A stretch of 64,000 nucleotides of DNA, taken from the NCBI GenBank assembly GCA_012295275.1, contig CM022665.1, positions 26,288,001 to 26,352,000 on the forward strand, given 5' to 3'. A program made the translations under genes and the position numbers. Positions 24,042-37,970 of the stretch are shown here, one piece after another. This DNA comes from Chrysomallon squamiferum. Taxonomy: Eukaryota > Animalia > Mollusca. Positions within the stretch are counted from its first letter, which is position 1. Each line of letters starts with the position of its first letter. The notes under the pieces are model-generated. The model saw nothing but the letters and a program-made list of their open reading frames with translations. It had not been told where the DNA came from and made no database searches.

Positions 24042-25335
24042 GTAAGGAATTTTCAACTTAGAACATTCTCTATAACATTCTAACATGTATCATGGATAAG
24101 CAACAAAAGCTCCAGAAATGAAGGCCCTGGAATGGCATAAATAAAACTTCATTGGATATAAATTTGTTTCAAATAGTTGATTAATTATTCAGTTATTATA
24201 AATATGTTTTTGAAACCTATCCATTTTTAAAAATTATTTTCACATAAAACTGCAAAGACTTTATCAGCATAATGATAAAATGATATTTTTATTTGAATGC
24301 TAAAGAAGCTTTTATGAAAGAATAATATGTTTTTAACTTAATTCATGATTTAAGAGCTCAATTTTTAAAATATCAAATGCCTAAATTTTTTTGATTCCTC
24401 ATGAAATTTTAATTACAGCTTTGTTCTTGTAATGCCAGAGACTTTAACTGACATGAATGCTATATATTTTTTTTTAAAATCCATTTTTTTTGTTTGTTTT
24501 CTTGTTCTGTTTTTTTCTTTATAAAATAGGTTTTATCTTAGCATACAGACATTAATTTTGGTTTTCATTTTTGCTGGTAAGGATCATTTTTTTCATATTA
24601 AGATCTACAATTACATACTAATTGAAATTTTTAGTTTTTTTCATTTCTATGTAATCTGACTTACTTCCCTATTTTGTTTCTATTTATTACTGCACATATT
24701 GGGGAATAACCCCCTACATTTACAGAATCAGATGAAAATAAGGAAAGAAACAGTCTCCCCTGTAATCTCACTGAAAGAATAAATCTGACTTTTCATAAAA
24801 AGGCAGCATACTTTTTAAATTTTTAAACATGCACAAATAGCATATGATTTTTATATTAATAAATTATTTGTGAATTATAAAAACATTCCAGCTACATCAG
24901 TTAAATCAATATCTGCCCATCTTTATCTCCCTTTTTACTTCCATATCTGTATATTTATCTTTGTTTATTGTCCTTCTGTCTGTTTGCCTGTCTATCTGTC
25001 TGTCTGTCTATTTAACTATCTGTGTCTCATTTTTTTTTTAGCTGACTGTCTGACTCTGTATATATACATGTATGTATGTATGCATATATATTTGGATGTA
25101 GATACATATGTTTGTCTATATTTATATATATTTTTTTTAATATTCATGTTTTTGATAAAAATCCTGTTATACACATATTTCAAACCATTTTATTTTCTCA
25201 CTCACCACCAAATTTTCTATATTATTATTATCTTTTTTCTATTTTTATTTTTATTTTTTTCCTTCTCAAAAATACACTCCAAATGTCTATTTATTTTTAA
25301 AGTGCATGAAGTGCTACCTGATAACTTTGTTACAG

Positions 25336-25372
25336 CATGTCACGCCTGCATCTACTCTCTGACTATTGTTAT
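25336..25372 (+). other. Candidate 37-nt exon with ATG (MSRLHLLSDYCY, phase 0)
   Basis: CTGATAACTTTGTTACAG| acceptor; TAT|GTAAGT donor. Confidence 0.35.
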
Positions 25373-26254
25373 GTAAGTAAACTGCAAAGATGCATATTTA
25401 GTGAGCGGCAATTTGATAGGTTTCTTTCAGCCTGGCTTCACTGATAATTGTGTTTTCTCTACCACTAACATCAACACCATGCAGCACTCTCTTGTCTTAC
25501 AGAACAAGAAACAACACACAGGAATAATTCTGATGTTCTAGTAAAATAAATTCTGCACTATCCAGGGACTTCTTGACAAAACAGAATCCTGCTGCTGATC
25601 CTATCTGCATCAAAACACATCAGGGGTTCAAAGGGCAACTCTGGTAGGGGTTCAGACATCCCAGTGAAATACAAACACAAGGTGGTTGGCTATCATAATC
25701 TGTTTATTGTAGAGGCATGCAGAGGAAAGTAAATAATTCACTGTTATGTATAAGGACCCTTCAGAAAGTGGTAATGTTGTTTATACCAGTGATCAGAAAG
25801 TGTGAGAAAGGAAGGTCTCTCACTGTAGAGTGGCTGAGAAATCTGATAGGCTGTGGCTTGTCATTAGTCAAGTCATTGGTTAGTTGAAAGTTTCCTTGTT
25901 AGTTTTATGTTCTTATCTTTCACCAGCTGTTATCCAAAATTTGCCTGGATTAATAATAATAATAATAATAATAATAACAATAATAATAATAATAATATAA
26001 TGATAAGAAGAAGAAGAAGGAGGACAATAACAGCAACAGCAACAGCAACAATAAAAAAAAATATCAACAGTAACAACAATGTACTAGTTGTGCTAGTACT
26101 TCTATCATTTCTGTATCTGCCACTGCAACTAGTACTACTACATTTACCACACTATTTATCCAGCTTTAAGAAAACTGGGATTGGAAGTGTACTAATCTGT
26201 ATCTATTAAATACAATTTCATTCTTTATTTTTCATTATTTATTTTATACTTCAA

Positions 26255-26710
26255 GTGCTACTACTACTTCTGTTATTATTACTACGTCTATTGCTACTAC
26301 TAATACTACTACTGATACTACTATTGTTACTGCTACTGCTACTGCTACTACTACTACTTCTACTACTGCTAAAGCTACTACTGCTACTACTGCTACTAAA
26401 CTGCTGCTGACATTACTACTGCTACTACTACTGCTACTGTTACTGTTACTACTACTACTACTACTACTGCTAACACTGCAACTGTTACTGCTACTATTAC
26501 TATTGCTGACACTGCTACTATTGCTACTACTATTACTACTGCTACTACTACTGCTACTGTTACTGTTACTACTACTACTACTACTACTACTATTGGCACT
26601 GCTACATTTACTGTTACTGCTACTACTACTACTGCTGACACTGCTACTGCTACTACTACTGCTACTACTGCTACTATTATTACTGTTGTTATTGTTATTA
26701 TTAATAGCAA
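26255..26710 (+). repeat. (ACT/GCT/GTT)n cryptic trinucleotide tract with an internal ~120-bp duplication
   Basis: Directly visible; 26411-26530 resembles 26532-26655. Confidence 0.92.
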
Positions 26711-27427
26711 TAATACAAAATAAAATAACAATGACTGATTCTTTTTATGCCAGTGATTCATATTATTATTTTTTGACTTTTATTATTTCATATATGAAAC
26801 TATTTCATGATCACTAACCTTTTTGTTTAGTATACAGGTATCATTTGTACTTTATAGAATATCTATTCATACTGAAATGAACTCATGTGTACTTATGAAC
26901 TAGCTAAATATCTTTTTACTTAATATAGCTCTTAAGCAGTATAAGGATTAAACTTACGTTATGAAATCCTTATTAAATATAAGTGTTTAGAATTCGGTTA
27001 ATAAAATTTGTTCTTCAGTTAATAACAATAGTCCAGAATACTTGTAAAATATAGATAACTATACTATTTTCCTTTGCCAAGGTTTTAAATTCTAAAATCT
27101 GAGCTTCAAATGCTTGTTAGTCATTTTTCTATTTTCTATTACATATAAAACTTAATCCAGCCAGATTCTTATTCACAAGCAAAATGATACAAGGTGATTA
27201 ATATAGCAATACTGAATTATTTTTTGATATTTTTATGTCTTTTAACATAAATATTTTATGTTATAAATATTCATTTTATTTGTCTGTCTGTTTTCACAGT
27301 GTTTATCTATTAATTTATTCTTTTATTTTTAAATTATTATTAGTATGTTCCGTTTTGAAATAATGTTTATTTTATTACTGCTAGTAATTTTTCATGCAAA
27401 CACACACACATTTTAATAGCTAAAGAA

Positions 27428-27461
<34 letters not shown>

Positions 27462-29244
27462 AATAAATATTTTTCTTTCTTGTATGGAAAGTAAATGATG
27501 TTTAAACAAATAATTTTTATTCTTTATTTGTTTTTCTCCAGTTAATTTGAGGTAATACCCAGTTGTGTGGAAAGCAGTGTACAATACACATTGTACTGTC
27601 ATATTACTAATTAGTACATAACCTTTCTTAATTGAAAGCACTGCAATGTCAGAATTCAAAAAGTACAATTGTTATTCTAATACAAAGAAACAGAAGTATA
27701 AACAATAAACAAATAAATAGTGTTTTTAAAATAATAAAAATAAGGGCATTGACAGAAAGATAAACAGTAAATAAATAAATAGTGATTCTGAAACGATCAA
27801 AAACAAGTATCTTTTGTTTGAGATAATCAATAAATGGTTTGAAATGTTATTATTTCAAATTAAGGTTCAGTGCCTGAGTTGGTATATTAGCAGATGATTG
27901 GATTATTTGTCTGAAACGGTGTTAGTTTGTTAGAGAGATATATTAAAGCTTCTAGCAATTTTACAACAGAATTTTGAGTCTGAGATAATGATCAGATGCC
28001 ATTTTTTATTGTTTTGAATTAATTTTATTTATTTTTCACTGTACACGATATTGGTTTTGCACTTACTTTCATTTGTATTCTATAATGAGAGAAAAATAAA
28101 TGAAAAGAATGTGTACAACACTGGTTTCTGATTATCCTAGCTTTCTTGGTTTAACTTGGTTCTAATTTATTTCCAGTAATATCTAAGGCAAATTGTTGAT
28201 ATTATTTTTATTTTTCTCCAAGAATATAGAATTATGATTTCAAAGTACTTGCCATAATCTACCTAAATCTATGTTAAAATGCTGCAAGAGTTCAAATCTG
28301 TAACTCTGGCCCACAGAAATATGCTTTATATTCAGCTATAATTTATATATTTTTTACATAAAGTTACTGCATAATCTAAAATTTATATAAGCTTCTTTGG
28401 TGGTATAATTCTGTACTGTTTGCATATATTTTATATTCAGCTAAAGTATATATCTGCTTTCTTGGCCACATGGTTCTTATATTAGCTTACAGAACAATCT
28501 GTCTAAGTATACATTATATTCAGTTAAAGTTTATGTGTGCTTCCTTGGTCATATAGTTCTTACATTAGCAGGTTACTGAGAGGTAGTGTTAGGGTACTGA
28601 CAAAGCATTTACCAGCCCCACTGCCTCATCATTTTAAACTGATTGTTTCAAGACACAGTAAACTGGAGATAATGGTAAATGCATAGTGTGAGGTTCCCCC
28701 AACTGATACTACATACAACACAACTAGGTATGAATACATAGTTAACGCTGACTGTATTTCAATGCTGGAGCTGTCTCACATCAGTATGTGGGCCCTGTGG
28801 TATATTTCTTCACCTCGTTCATGGACAGTTACAGAAAATGTCAGGAAACCAGTATGTCTTTGATGTTGGCATGTAGGTATGTGGTACAGTTGAAGAAGAT
28901 CCTTTGAGAGTGTGATAGTTTCAAGTACTTTGGCCATCAAACTCTGTCTTAATATGCAACTTGCATGCTTAGCAGATGAATAAATGTTTTTATATTTTTT
29001 TCTCTGAGCTGAAAGCTATTGTATTTATATATTTGTAGATGAGGTAGCCAACAAGCAAATATTAATTTTTTTATGCTTGTATTTATTTCATTTTATAGGA
29101 ATATATGTGTTTATCAATCAAATATGCTAACAAAGATTAAGATGTCAATAAAAAAAAAAAAATGCATTCATTCATTAAAATTCCACTCTCACAGAAATTA
29201 TTATTATTTTAAATTATTTATTTATCTCAAAACAAATAAATGTT

Positions 29245-29635
29245 TGTTTAATGATCACAGCACATTTTATACAAACATGTTATTAAATGTTATTATTATT
29301 TGGTATATAATGACTGGAAATATGAAACCCACCATTCTATGGGTCATTTCTGTTATCACTATTTTTATTCATGAAGAGGACCAAATCTTTGACAGACACT
29401 GAGGCCTATTTGGTATCTGCCAAAATTGAATAAGGATATAAAACCTTTTTAGACTATCAGGCCCAACTATCTACCTAGTTTAGTTTATGAATAAATCCAG
29501 CTTTGCCTGTCATTAATAGCAAAATATCTTTCATATACACCTATTCATAAAGTGCAGAGCACATACTGTGGAGTTTGACAACTGAGATTTTGGGTTCTGT
29601 CTGGAACAGGAAATAGCCCAAGCTAACTGGTAGGA
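29245..29635 (-). mobile_element. Decayed Meta/MESC-type SINE, antisense, interrupted by a ~165-bp insertion
   Basis: AAATGTTTGTTTAATGA…CACATTTTA tail and GAAACCC; after the gap, TAATAGCAAAATATCTTTCATATACACC…GCACATAC…CTGGAACAGGAAATAGCCCAA. Confidence 0.6.
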
Positions 29636-30879
29636 GCAGAACACAAAGTAGTTAACTTAAATATTACAAGTATTAATATGAAAGAATGTTCAAAATATCA
29701 TTAAAGAAACTGTTCATTTCTTTATTCATCAAATGTCCATTTCTATAATGTTTAAAAATACATCTTTGACAAAAGTCAGAGTAATACATACCACAATTTT
29801 AGGCAAGTTAGTTTTCAGTAGAATGAAAAATATTTGAACAAAATTATACTGTTCCCAAACTGTAGTTTAAAGAGAACACATAATATGGATGATGTATTAC
29901 ATTGTTTTGATGTTCAAAAGTGTTTTTGATTACCATTGGATGACTGTTCAGTACAATTTTATTTCAAATGGAAATCTGACTTTTGCAACTTCAATTTCAT
30001 TTTCAATTTGTTATGAGTAATCTTTCTTACTGCATTCTGGCAGCTGCAGTGGCAGAATTATGATAATATTTATTAAAGAAAACATAATCGTGATATCTTT
30101 CTACTATTCACATTAATTCACTGCTGTCATAAACACAGATACAACCATTAACTCTGTACCTAACAGTGATTATTTTTATATTATTTTTATCAATGAGATT
30201 ACTTTTTTAAATAAATAAATAAATATATATATATATATTTTAAGGAAAAAGTTATTTTTATAACCTTGAATTGGATGTGTTTTTATAAATTAATTATTTT
30301 ATATTATTGTTATTATTTTTGTTACATTTATTATAATGTTTGTTAGTATGTTCATGTGTATGTGTATGCATATTTGTGTATCATGTCTGATAGTTTTCTT
30401 ACAAAAATAATGTGATCTGTTGTTGTTAAAGTTTCAGCATTATTCACGCTTTGAGGTCAGAATTATTTTCACAGCTTTTTGGTATACACGTGTCCCTAAT
30501 TTAGCCATAATTATTTTAATTAATAAATACTTTTTCTATATAAATTACCATCAAAAAAGAAAGCACAAATTAGACATTGGTCACTTGCTGAACAGGAAAA
30601 CAGAATAATTAGAAACTCACACACACACACACACACAAATAATGGCTGGAATAAGAAATATTACTGCTGCTACTACTACTGCTACAGCTACACCAAAACA
30701 CACACACAGGCATTTATACTGAATTTATTTTCTCATTCAAACCAACCCCCACCCCGACACACACACAACATACATAACAGCCATACTGGATCCCCTACCA
30801 GTATGTTGTTACCTCAAGCCTACAGTTTAGACCTGCCAGTGGAAAGCCAGCAGTGTGATACTGTTGTATAGCACTGGTA

Positions 30880-30970
30880 GAATACAGCCCCATTGACTCG
30901 CCTGATTGGTCAATCAGTCTGAGAAATGATGAGCTATATTGACTGTGTGTAAAGTCAGTGGCTGTTTAGT
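30880..30970 (+). promoter_or_regulatory. Putative internal (alternative) promoter
   Basis: Inverted CCAAT (ATTGG 30905-30909) inside the palindrome CTGATTG-GT-CAATCAG; TATA-like TATATT at 30935; Inr-like TTAGTC at 30966; E-box CACGTG upstream at 30487. Confidence 0.5.
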
Positions 30971-31268
30971 CTGACACTGCTGTCTTTAATAATGCTCCAG
31001 CCTGGCTCCACATTCTGCCTGCTGAGCGATTCTGAAAGGGGCAGTTCTTCCACACAACTGTTCAACAGTCTCTCGTTGTTCAGAACTCTCCTAACATTTC
31101 TAATGCTGTAGTTTTGTGGATAATAATACAGTTGTGGTTAAAAAACAAAACAAAAAAACAAAACAACACAAAACTTTCAAGAAGATTCTTTTTTCTCTCA
31201 TCTCTTCGTGGGATATTTTACAAGAAGATTTTGGATTAGATGTTGCTTTTTGAAAAAAAAAATATATG
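30968..31268 (+). other. Candidate alternative first exon ending in ATG|GTAAGT
   Basis: Follows the promoter motifs; consensus donor at 31268/31269 followed by T-rich intron-like sequence. Confidence 0.5.
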
Positions 31269-32349
31269 GTAAGTTTTTGTAATCATTTTTTTTTATTTTT
31301 ATTTTTTTTAAATTTATTATTTATGTGATTTTAATCATTTATAATTTTATAAAGGGTGAATTATTTCAGGTTATGCTCTATCTGATGTGAGTTAATAATA
31401 TCTGCTGATTTAAAAAAAAAAAAAATGAATTCAAAGAAATGTTTTCTGAAAATAGTGTCTGAATATAATTTATAATCCACATTTACTTTTTTTAAATTTT
31501 TTTTTTTATTTAAGACAAGATAAAAAGATGTTCATATTACAATATTTTATTGAAATTAATAGCAACCATTAGGTCAACTGCCTGAGAACACAAAAGTACA
31601 ACAGGCAAATATAAAAATCACATAAAGACAATATTTTATTGATGTTATTTGTAGATTTAAGCTGATAAAAAAATGCTATTTCTTGATTTTCTCTAGTTAC
31701 ACTTTGGTGGGTTATTAGAATGGGCAATGGCTCAGTGCCCAGAACATTCATTTGGGGTATGATAGGCTACAGGATCACTACTCCTTAGTGCTCATATACA
31801 CACCCACAGAATAATAGCACATCCTTACTAAGCTTAAATATACATAGTTATATATTCACCAAAACATACTGACAAACACACAGACACACAGAGACACTCA
31901 CACATACAGACAATTCACACATACACACAGAGAGACAGACACATATGCATCCATCTACACAAACACACGCACACACACACACACACACATGCACACACAC
32001 ATGCACACACACACACACACACGACACAATAACACATTTTCACAGACGTATCATTAAACTGTTCATCCCATTCAATTTGATTGATCTGAGGTGTTTGTTT
32101 CATTAAGGAAATGAACTACAATAGCCTGACAATGTTATCTTTGTCCACTGATTAATTAGTTGATGTTTTTATATTCTTTTACCACTGCTGGCACTGTGAT
32201 GGGAGTTAGTACTAAAATTGTTCCCTTGATAGTACATCTGCAAATTTCATAATGATGGCAGGAATAACCTGAGTGTCAGAAAAAATTGTATGTTACTAAA
32301 AATAGCTGCACATGTCTCCAGTGATCCCATGTTTATGGTGTTACTGACA

Positions 32350-33460
32350 CACTGAAGTGTTATGACAAGTTATATATGGGAGTTATATTTCAATGGGAAG
32401 TTAACCTCCAGAGTTATATAGGAATTAATCTCAAGAGTTATATGGGGAGATAACTTATATTTATAGTCTCATTAATATGTTAATGACTTATAATTATGAG
32501 TAGATATGACAAGTTATGTGGCAGTTATATTAAATACATTGTGGGAAATTAACCTCAAGAATTATATTGGATTTAATATCAGGAGTTATGCAAGGAGAGA
32601 CTTCATTTTTATAACTGGGGTGTCACTGTTATATTGAGGAATTATTATTATGAGTTGTGTGGGAAATTTTATGGGAAGTTAAAATGAAGAATTATATATA
32701 CAGGTATTAATCAAGGGAGATGCCTTTGGAAAGTTTTTATTTTTGTAATGACACCAGTATGTTGAACAGCTAAATTATAATCTGTGTGAAGCTATATGGA
32801 AAATTATAATCAGTAGTTACATTGTATGCGATATTAACCTTTGGAGTTATACAGGACTTAATCTGAGAAGTTAAATGAGGAATGATTGCATCTTTATAGC
32901 TGTTGTGTCACTCATATATTGAAGTGTTGTATAATAACTGAGAGAATTTTATGGAAAATTATAATCTGGAGTTATATGGGGAGTGATCTCATATTTGTAG
33001 TGTGACTGATTTGTTGAATAGCTGTATTATAATTATGAGGAGTTAAACTGAAGATTTGTGTGTGAAGTTAACAAGAGGGGTTATGTGAGGAATGTCCATC
33101 AGAAGTAATATGGAAATAAAGTTTTAATCTTTATACAGGAATTAACTTCAAGAGTTTTGTAGTGAGTACATGTTCAAAACTCATGTACAATTAATATCAG
33201 AGTGTGAGTATAACTGATTTTAAGAGTTATATGGGAAGTTACATCAAATGTTGTACCAGGAATTAATGTCATGAGTCATATGGGAACATTAGGAGATATA
33301 CGGCAATTATCCTCAGGGATTATATGAAGTGTCAACTTCAGAAGTTTTATGGGTAATCAGCATCCATATTTATATGCTGAGTTAACATCAGGAGTTATTG
33401 TAAATATATCTTAGGAACTGTCATGTATGTGGGATTATATAAAGAATTATCATGATGAGT
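32350..33460 (+). repeat. Old degenerate minisatellite (~23-25-bp core GAGTTATATGGGAAGTTAACCTC)
   Basis: AGTTATATGG/GGAATTAA motifs recur over ~1.1 kb. Confidence 0.75.
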
Positions 33461-33870
33461 CATTTAAAATATGATGGTATTTAACTGATAAAATTAGAAA
33501 GTATTTCACAACATTAGCCAGTATTAGTTGATAAAATTAGAATTTATCTATCCAAAAGGAAATGAGATTAATGGCCTGTAAAATACTAACTATATTTGTC
33601 ATTATAGAATCAAAAATTTAATCTTTTTGTTAAAACCTATTTTCAACATGTTACTCTTTAGCAGTGGTATGAAGATAACTAAATAAAAATAAAATATTCT
33701 TATTGTGTTATTGAATGACATGGTATAAAAAGAAGTTATTTTGAAACCTGTAACTTTAAAAATTGAATTAAGAAACAGGAAAGATTAATCTATTGTTGTA
33801 GGAAAAATGTGTAGCTTAATTACTTGTGTTATTCTTAAAGCAGTTTGTATTTAGTAAAGACTTGTATAGA

Positions 33871-33908
<38 letters not shown>

Positions 33909-34348
33909 TATATACATATACAGACAGATATGTTAAGCTTGTACATAGCAGACTTGAGTTATTTCACATGTGTGTTTGTATGTGTTAGAGATACAAGTAT
34001 ACAGATAGATATATTCCAAACAGCTATTAATAAGAGCCAATATTTTATTTGATATATGGTAGTAACTTCCAACAAGATAATTGTAATTTAATTTACTCTT
34101 ACCGTAATCTTTAATGGGCTGTCTTTTATACAAGAAGAGGGATTAAAAGTTGTTCTGAAAAAGAGAGAAAGAAAGATACACAGACAGAAAGAGAGAGATA
34201 CAGACATACACACTTTTTATAGTGCCATTTTATCTGATAAAAGATTCAGTCCATCTTTTTGGAATTCCTGATAATTGTTTCAGTTTCATAATAGAGGAGT
34301 TTTAAATGAATTAGAGAATATCAGTATTAAAAAAAATATGATTTTTAG

Positions 34349-34401
34349 CTTGTCTACACCATGTCGTCCCTTTTGTCTTTGGGTGATGCTTATAAAAGAT
34401 G
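34349..34401 (+). other. Candidate exon with ATG in ACCATG context (MSSLLSLGDAYKR…, phase 2)
   Basis: ATTTTTAG| acceptor (weak); ATG|GTAAGA donor. Confidence 0.3.
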
Positions 34402-34934
34402 GTAAGATACCTAGTTACATCATCAAACATGGAGTTTATGGTATCAAACTCAAAGTCAATAGGTTTCTTTTTAAAATATCTTTAAACCAAATAATTGCAC
34501 TGTTATAATATTTGATACATTTTACTTGGTAGTTCAACTGTTTGTGCAGACGGTCATTTAAAAAAAAAAAAAAAAAAAAAAATCTATGGCATCTTTCAAA
34601 GCAGTGAGACCATCTTCAAAACATGATGTGAAAATCAAGTAGCAGGAACACAAGTGGTCATGTAAATGAAGGCAGTTTTAAAATGTTTCCAGCTGACTTC
34701 CAGACTGGCAACTTCTAAAACCAACAAGTTATTCAATGCATTCTTTCACCTGCTGTTCAGTTTGGTCAGATTTATTCTTCATTTTATTTCTTCTCACAAC
34801 ACTGACTCTCATTTGTTTGGTTTTTACTGAGCTGGTTTGTTATTTTGGGCACAGATTTCAAGCACAATGGCTTTGTCTTTCCTTGGTTCACTGTGATTTG
34901 TGTAACAGTAGTAAGTGGGGCTTAAAACTGGCAC

Positions 34935-35650
34935 ATCATTGACCACTGGTTTGTTTAATGATGGTAAGTGGTGCTTGTACCCATAGATGCCACTGATCAC
35001 CTAGTTTATGTAATATATGTAACAGATGTACATAGAGGTTAGAACTGACTACTAAATTCTTAATATATGTAATGAAGGTTTGCACTGGTTCAGACTCACA
35101 TGCTATTGACCACTGGTTTGTTTTATGATAGTAACTGATGCTTGGATCCATACACACGCCATATACCATCTGTGTTTTGTAATATATGTAACAGAGGTAT
35201 TTAGGACTTAGAACCAACCACTGGTTTCTTTTATGATAGAAATGGTGAATAGCCTCTTACATTATCAGATTTTTAATGATATGTTATGCAGGTATTACTG
35301 TTTCAGACCACATACCACTAATTGTTAGTAAGCAGTGATTAGACTTAAACACATGCAACTGAACATCTTGTTCTTGTAATAAAGGTACATAATGCTTACA
35401 TTTATCACATACAACTTACTAACCTAGATGTGTAACAGAAGTAATTGAAGTTTGAATGCATCACATTCCACTGACCAGGAGGCTTATTTAAAATAGTATG
35501 TAATGCATAGACTATCATCTACATCAGGTTTTGTGTTACACATATATAACCCACACAAATCATGGAATGGACAATGTTGTGTGTAAATCAGTAGTGCGTC
35601 TTGTTTAGAACCCTTCTCATATCACTGGTCACCTGGTTTCTTTAATAATC
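34935..35650 (+). repeat. Degenerate tandem repeat, ~167-bp period with ~55-bp sub-units (ATTGACCACTGGTTTGTTT…)
   Basis: Clear copies at 34938 and 35105, decaying copies afterwards. Confidence 0.7.
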
Positions 35651-36686
35651 TAATAGTTTAGTTTGAGAAAATCAGATTATGAGAGTTACAGTGTAACACT
35701 AGTAAGTATATCTGTTGACCAGTCTGATTCATATAATATCAGTCCAGTGTAGGAGTGTCAGTATGCTTTAATAGTAGCAAATCATTAAGAAAAACATTAT
35801 TATTTTATGTAGATATTTTATAATTTGTTTCTAATATAACCAACAAAAATACAAAATCTTTGTTAAACAAAATCATTCTGAAATGAAATCTTTTGAAAAA
35901 AAAAGAAAAAAAGAGTTAAAAATCAAAGGAGATATAAAATTTTGTAATATATATATAATAATATAAAATTACAAGAAAAGTCCCAGCCAAAACCCCCTAC
36001 CTATACAAAATGCCAAACATCTGAGATAAATGCTTAAAAAAGAAAAAGAAGAAAGAATAAAACCAAGAAGAAATGTAGATGAAAACTTAAGAAAACAAAA
36101 GTTTTTCAAAACAAAAACAAACATACACATGTGGTTCTAACTTGACGTCTGCTTCACATGCAGGAATAGTGTTCCCCCATGAAGCTTTACACAGTTATAA
36201 CACATGGTTTTCTTCATCTGTCCAGCTGGTAGGTGGACATAGGTCACTAGGGTGTCACAGGTCAAGCCATATTGTTCTCTGGGGTCACTTTCTCATGTAC
36301 CATAATGACCAGTATCTGTTACCAGTATGTTCAGATGGAGATTGAAAAGTGAAAAATGCAAAGCCAATTAAATTAATTGAGGCAATCTATGAAAGATTAT
36401 TTATTTATTGTTTTTTAATGTTTTTTATCTTCCCACATTGCTGGTTTATGATGACAGTGGGAGGTCATGTTGTATATCATCTCCACTTAATCTGCATGTT
36501 ATTTTTACAAGCATATAGCAAATTAAATCATTAGTCTTAAAGAATTGTACTAAACTGTTTTAACTAATTCACAATGTACTTTTATTATCAGAAACTGAAG
36601 GTAAAGTAATTATTAATGCTTAAAACTAATATATTATTTTAATTTCATCACATTTATGCTAAGTTTTCTGTTTCTTACACTTTTAT

Positions 36687-36688
<2 letters not shown>

Positions 36689-36734
<46 letters not shown>
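36689..36734 (+). repeat. (CT)n microsatellite
   Basis: Directly visible. Confidence 0.95.
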
Positions 36735-36736
<2 letters not shown>

Positions 36737-36828
36737 GACTGTAATGTATAGACATAAATACTTATAATATCTTTGCTGTCTATATCAGATGCAGATAATT
36801 ATGTACAACTACAATTTGCCACAATATA

Positions 36829-36864
<36 letters not shown>

Positions 36865-37257
36865 TGTATGTTGAGAGAAAGAGAGAGGGTTTTAAAAAAA
36901 AAAAAAATTAAATATTTATTTTTGTTCTAGTTATCTACATTAGCAGATAGTCTCTTTATCTTTTAGAAAAAAATGCTGAATTTTAATTTTCTTTCTGCTT
37001 ACACAACCTGATGTACTCATTTCATGTTTAATTGTATTTTGCACCTTTTCACAAGGCTTTTCAGCACCTGTAGATAAAATAATGTTTATGCGGTACATCA
37101 GACAATCACAATGCATCAGATAACATCTATCAATACAGAGATAAAAAGAACAAATAGGATAAACAAACAAAAGTAAAAATATGACAAAAGGCAAAATAAA
37201 TTGCATGCTCACACTCAAACATACTTGCACACAAAAAAAAACCATTCCAACATACAT

Positions 37258-37430
37258 GTGTGTGTGAATGTACAAATGTGAGTATATATATGTGTGTATC
37301 TTTGTATGTATACATAAGTTTGTATGAGTATGTATATATACATACATATACTCATACAAACTTATGTATACATACAAAGATACACACACATATATATATA
37401 CTCACATTCGTACACATTTCACACACACAC
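37258..37430. repeat. Long inverted repeat (fold-back) with a 41-bp perfect stem, 37291-37331 / 37348-37388
   Basis: Arms checked base by base as reverse complements; imperfect extension outward. Confidence 0.95.
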
Positions 37431-37781
37431 ACACACACAGAAATATGCACCTATTCAGTTTACAACAGCTAAGTCCTGTCCATTCACACTAGATAGATAA
37501 CAGAATATCACATAACTTTTAATTTGATATATATGTGAAAATTTGAATTATATATTCATGTATTCTCTGGAACAGACACTAATCCTCAATTGTAGTTTGA
37601 AATTTCTTTTAAATTATTATGGGCAGTTGATGATTATAGTGATAGAATGAGAAATCATCTCTCAGAATATGGTTTAGTTCACCATATCATGCATTATTTA
37701 AAGTTATCTTATATCAAAAAGTGTCAAATAACAAAGAAATATTGATGTTGTTAGACCTAAAGTTTTGCTTGTCAAAGTATC

Positions 37782-37970
37782 ATATTATGCAATAAACTAA
37801 AGAGAATTGAATTATGTAATAAAATCTAACCAAAGGGAATATAATTATGTAATAAAATCTAAACCAAACGGGATATAATTATGTAATAAAATCTAAACAA
37901 AAGAGAATATAATTATGTAATACAATCTAAACCAAAGGGAATATTATTATGTCATAAAATCTAAACCCAA
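37782..37970 (+). repeat. 33-34-bp minisatellite (AATTATGTAATAAAATCTAAACCAAAGGGAATAT), ~5 copies
   Basis: Units at 37810, 37843, 37877, 37911 and 37945. Confidence 0.92.

Noticed and set aside
24870-25376. Longest ORF in the track (168 aa, hydrophobic)
   Set aside because: Built from TCTG/TATG microsatellites and T-rich intron-like sequence; no domain signature.
26396-26817. Poly-Leu and poly-Val/Ala ORFs
   Set aside because: Products of the (ACT/GCT)n microsatellite.
36940-37472. Opposite-strand ORFs with near-identical peptides (MCVSLYVYISLYEY…)
   Set aside because: A direct consequence of the DNA palindrome, not duplicated genes.
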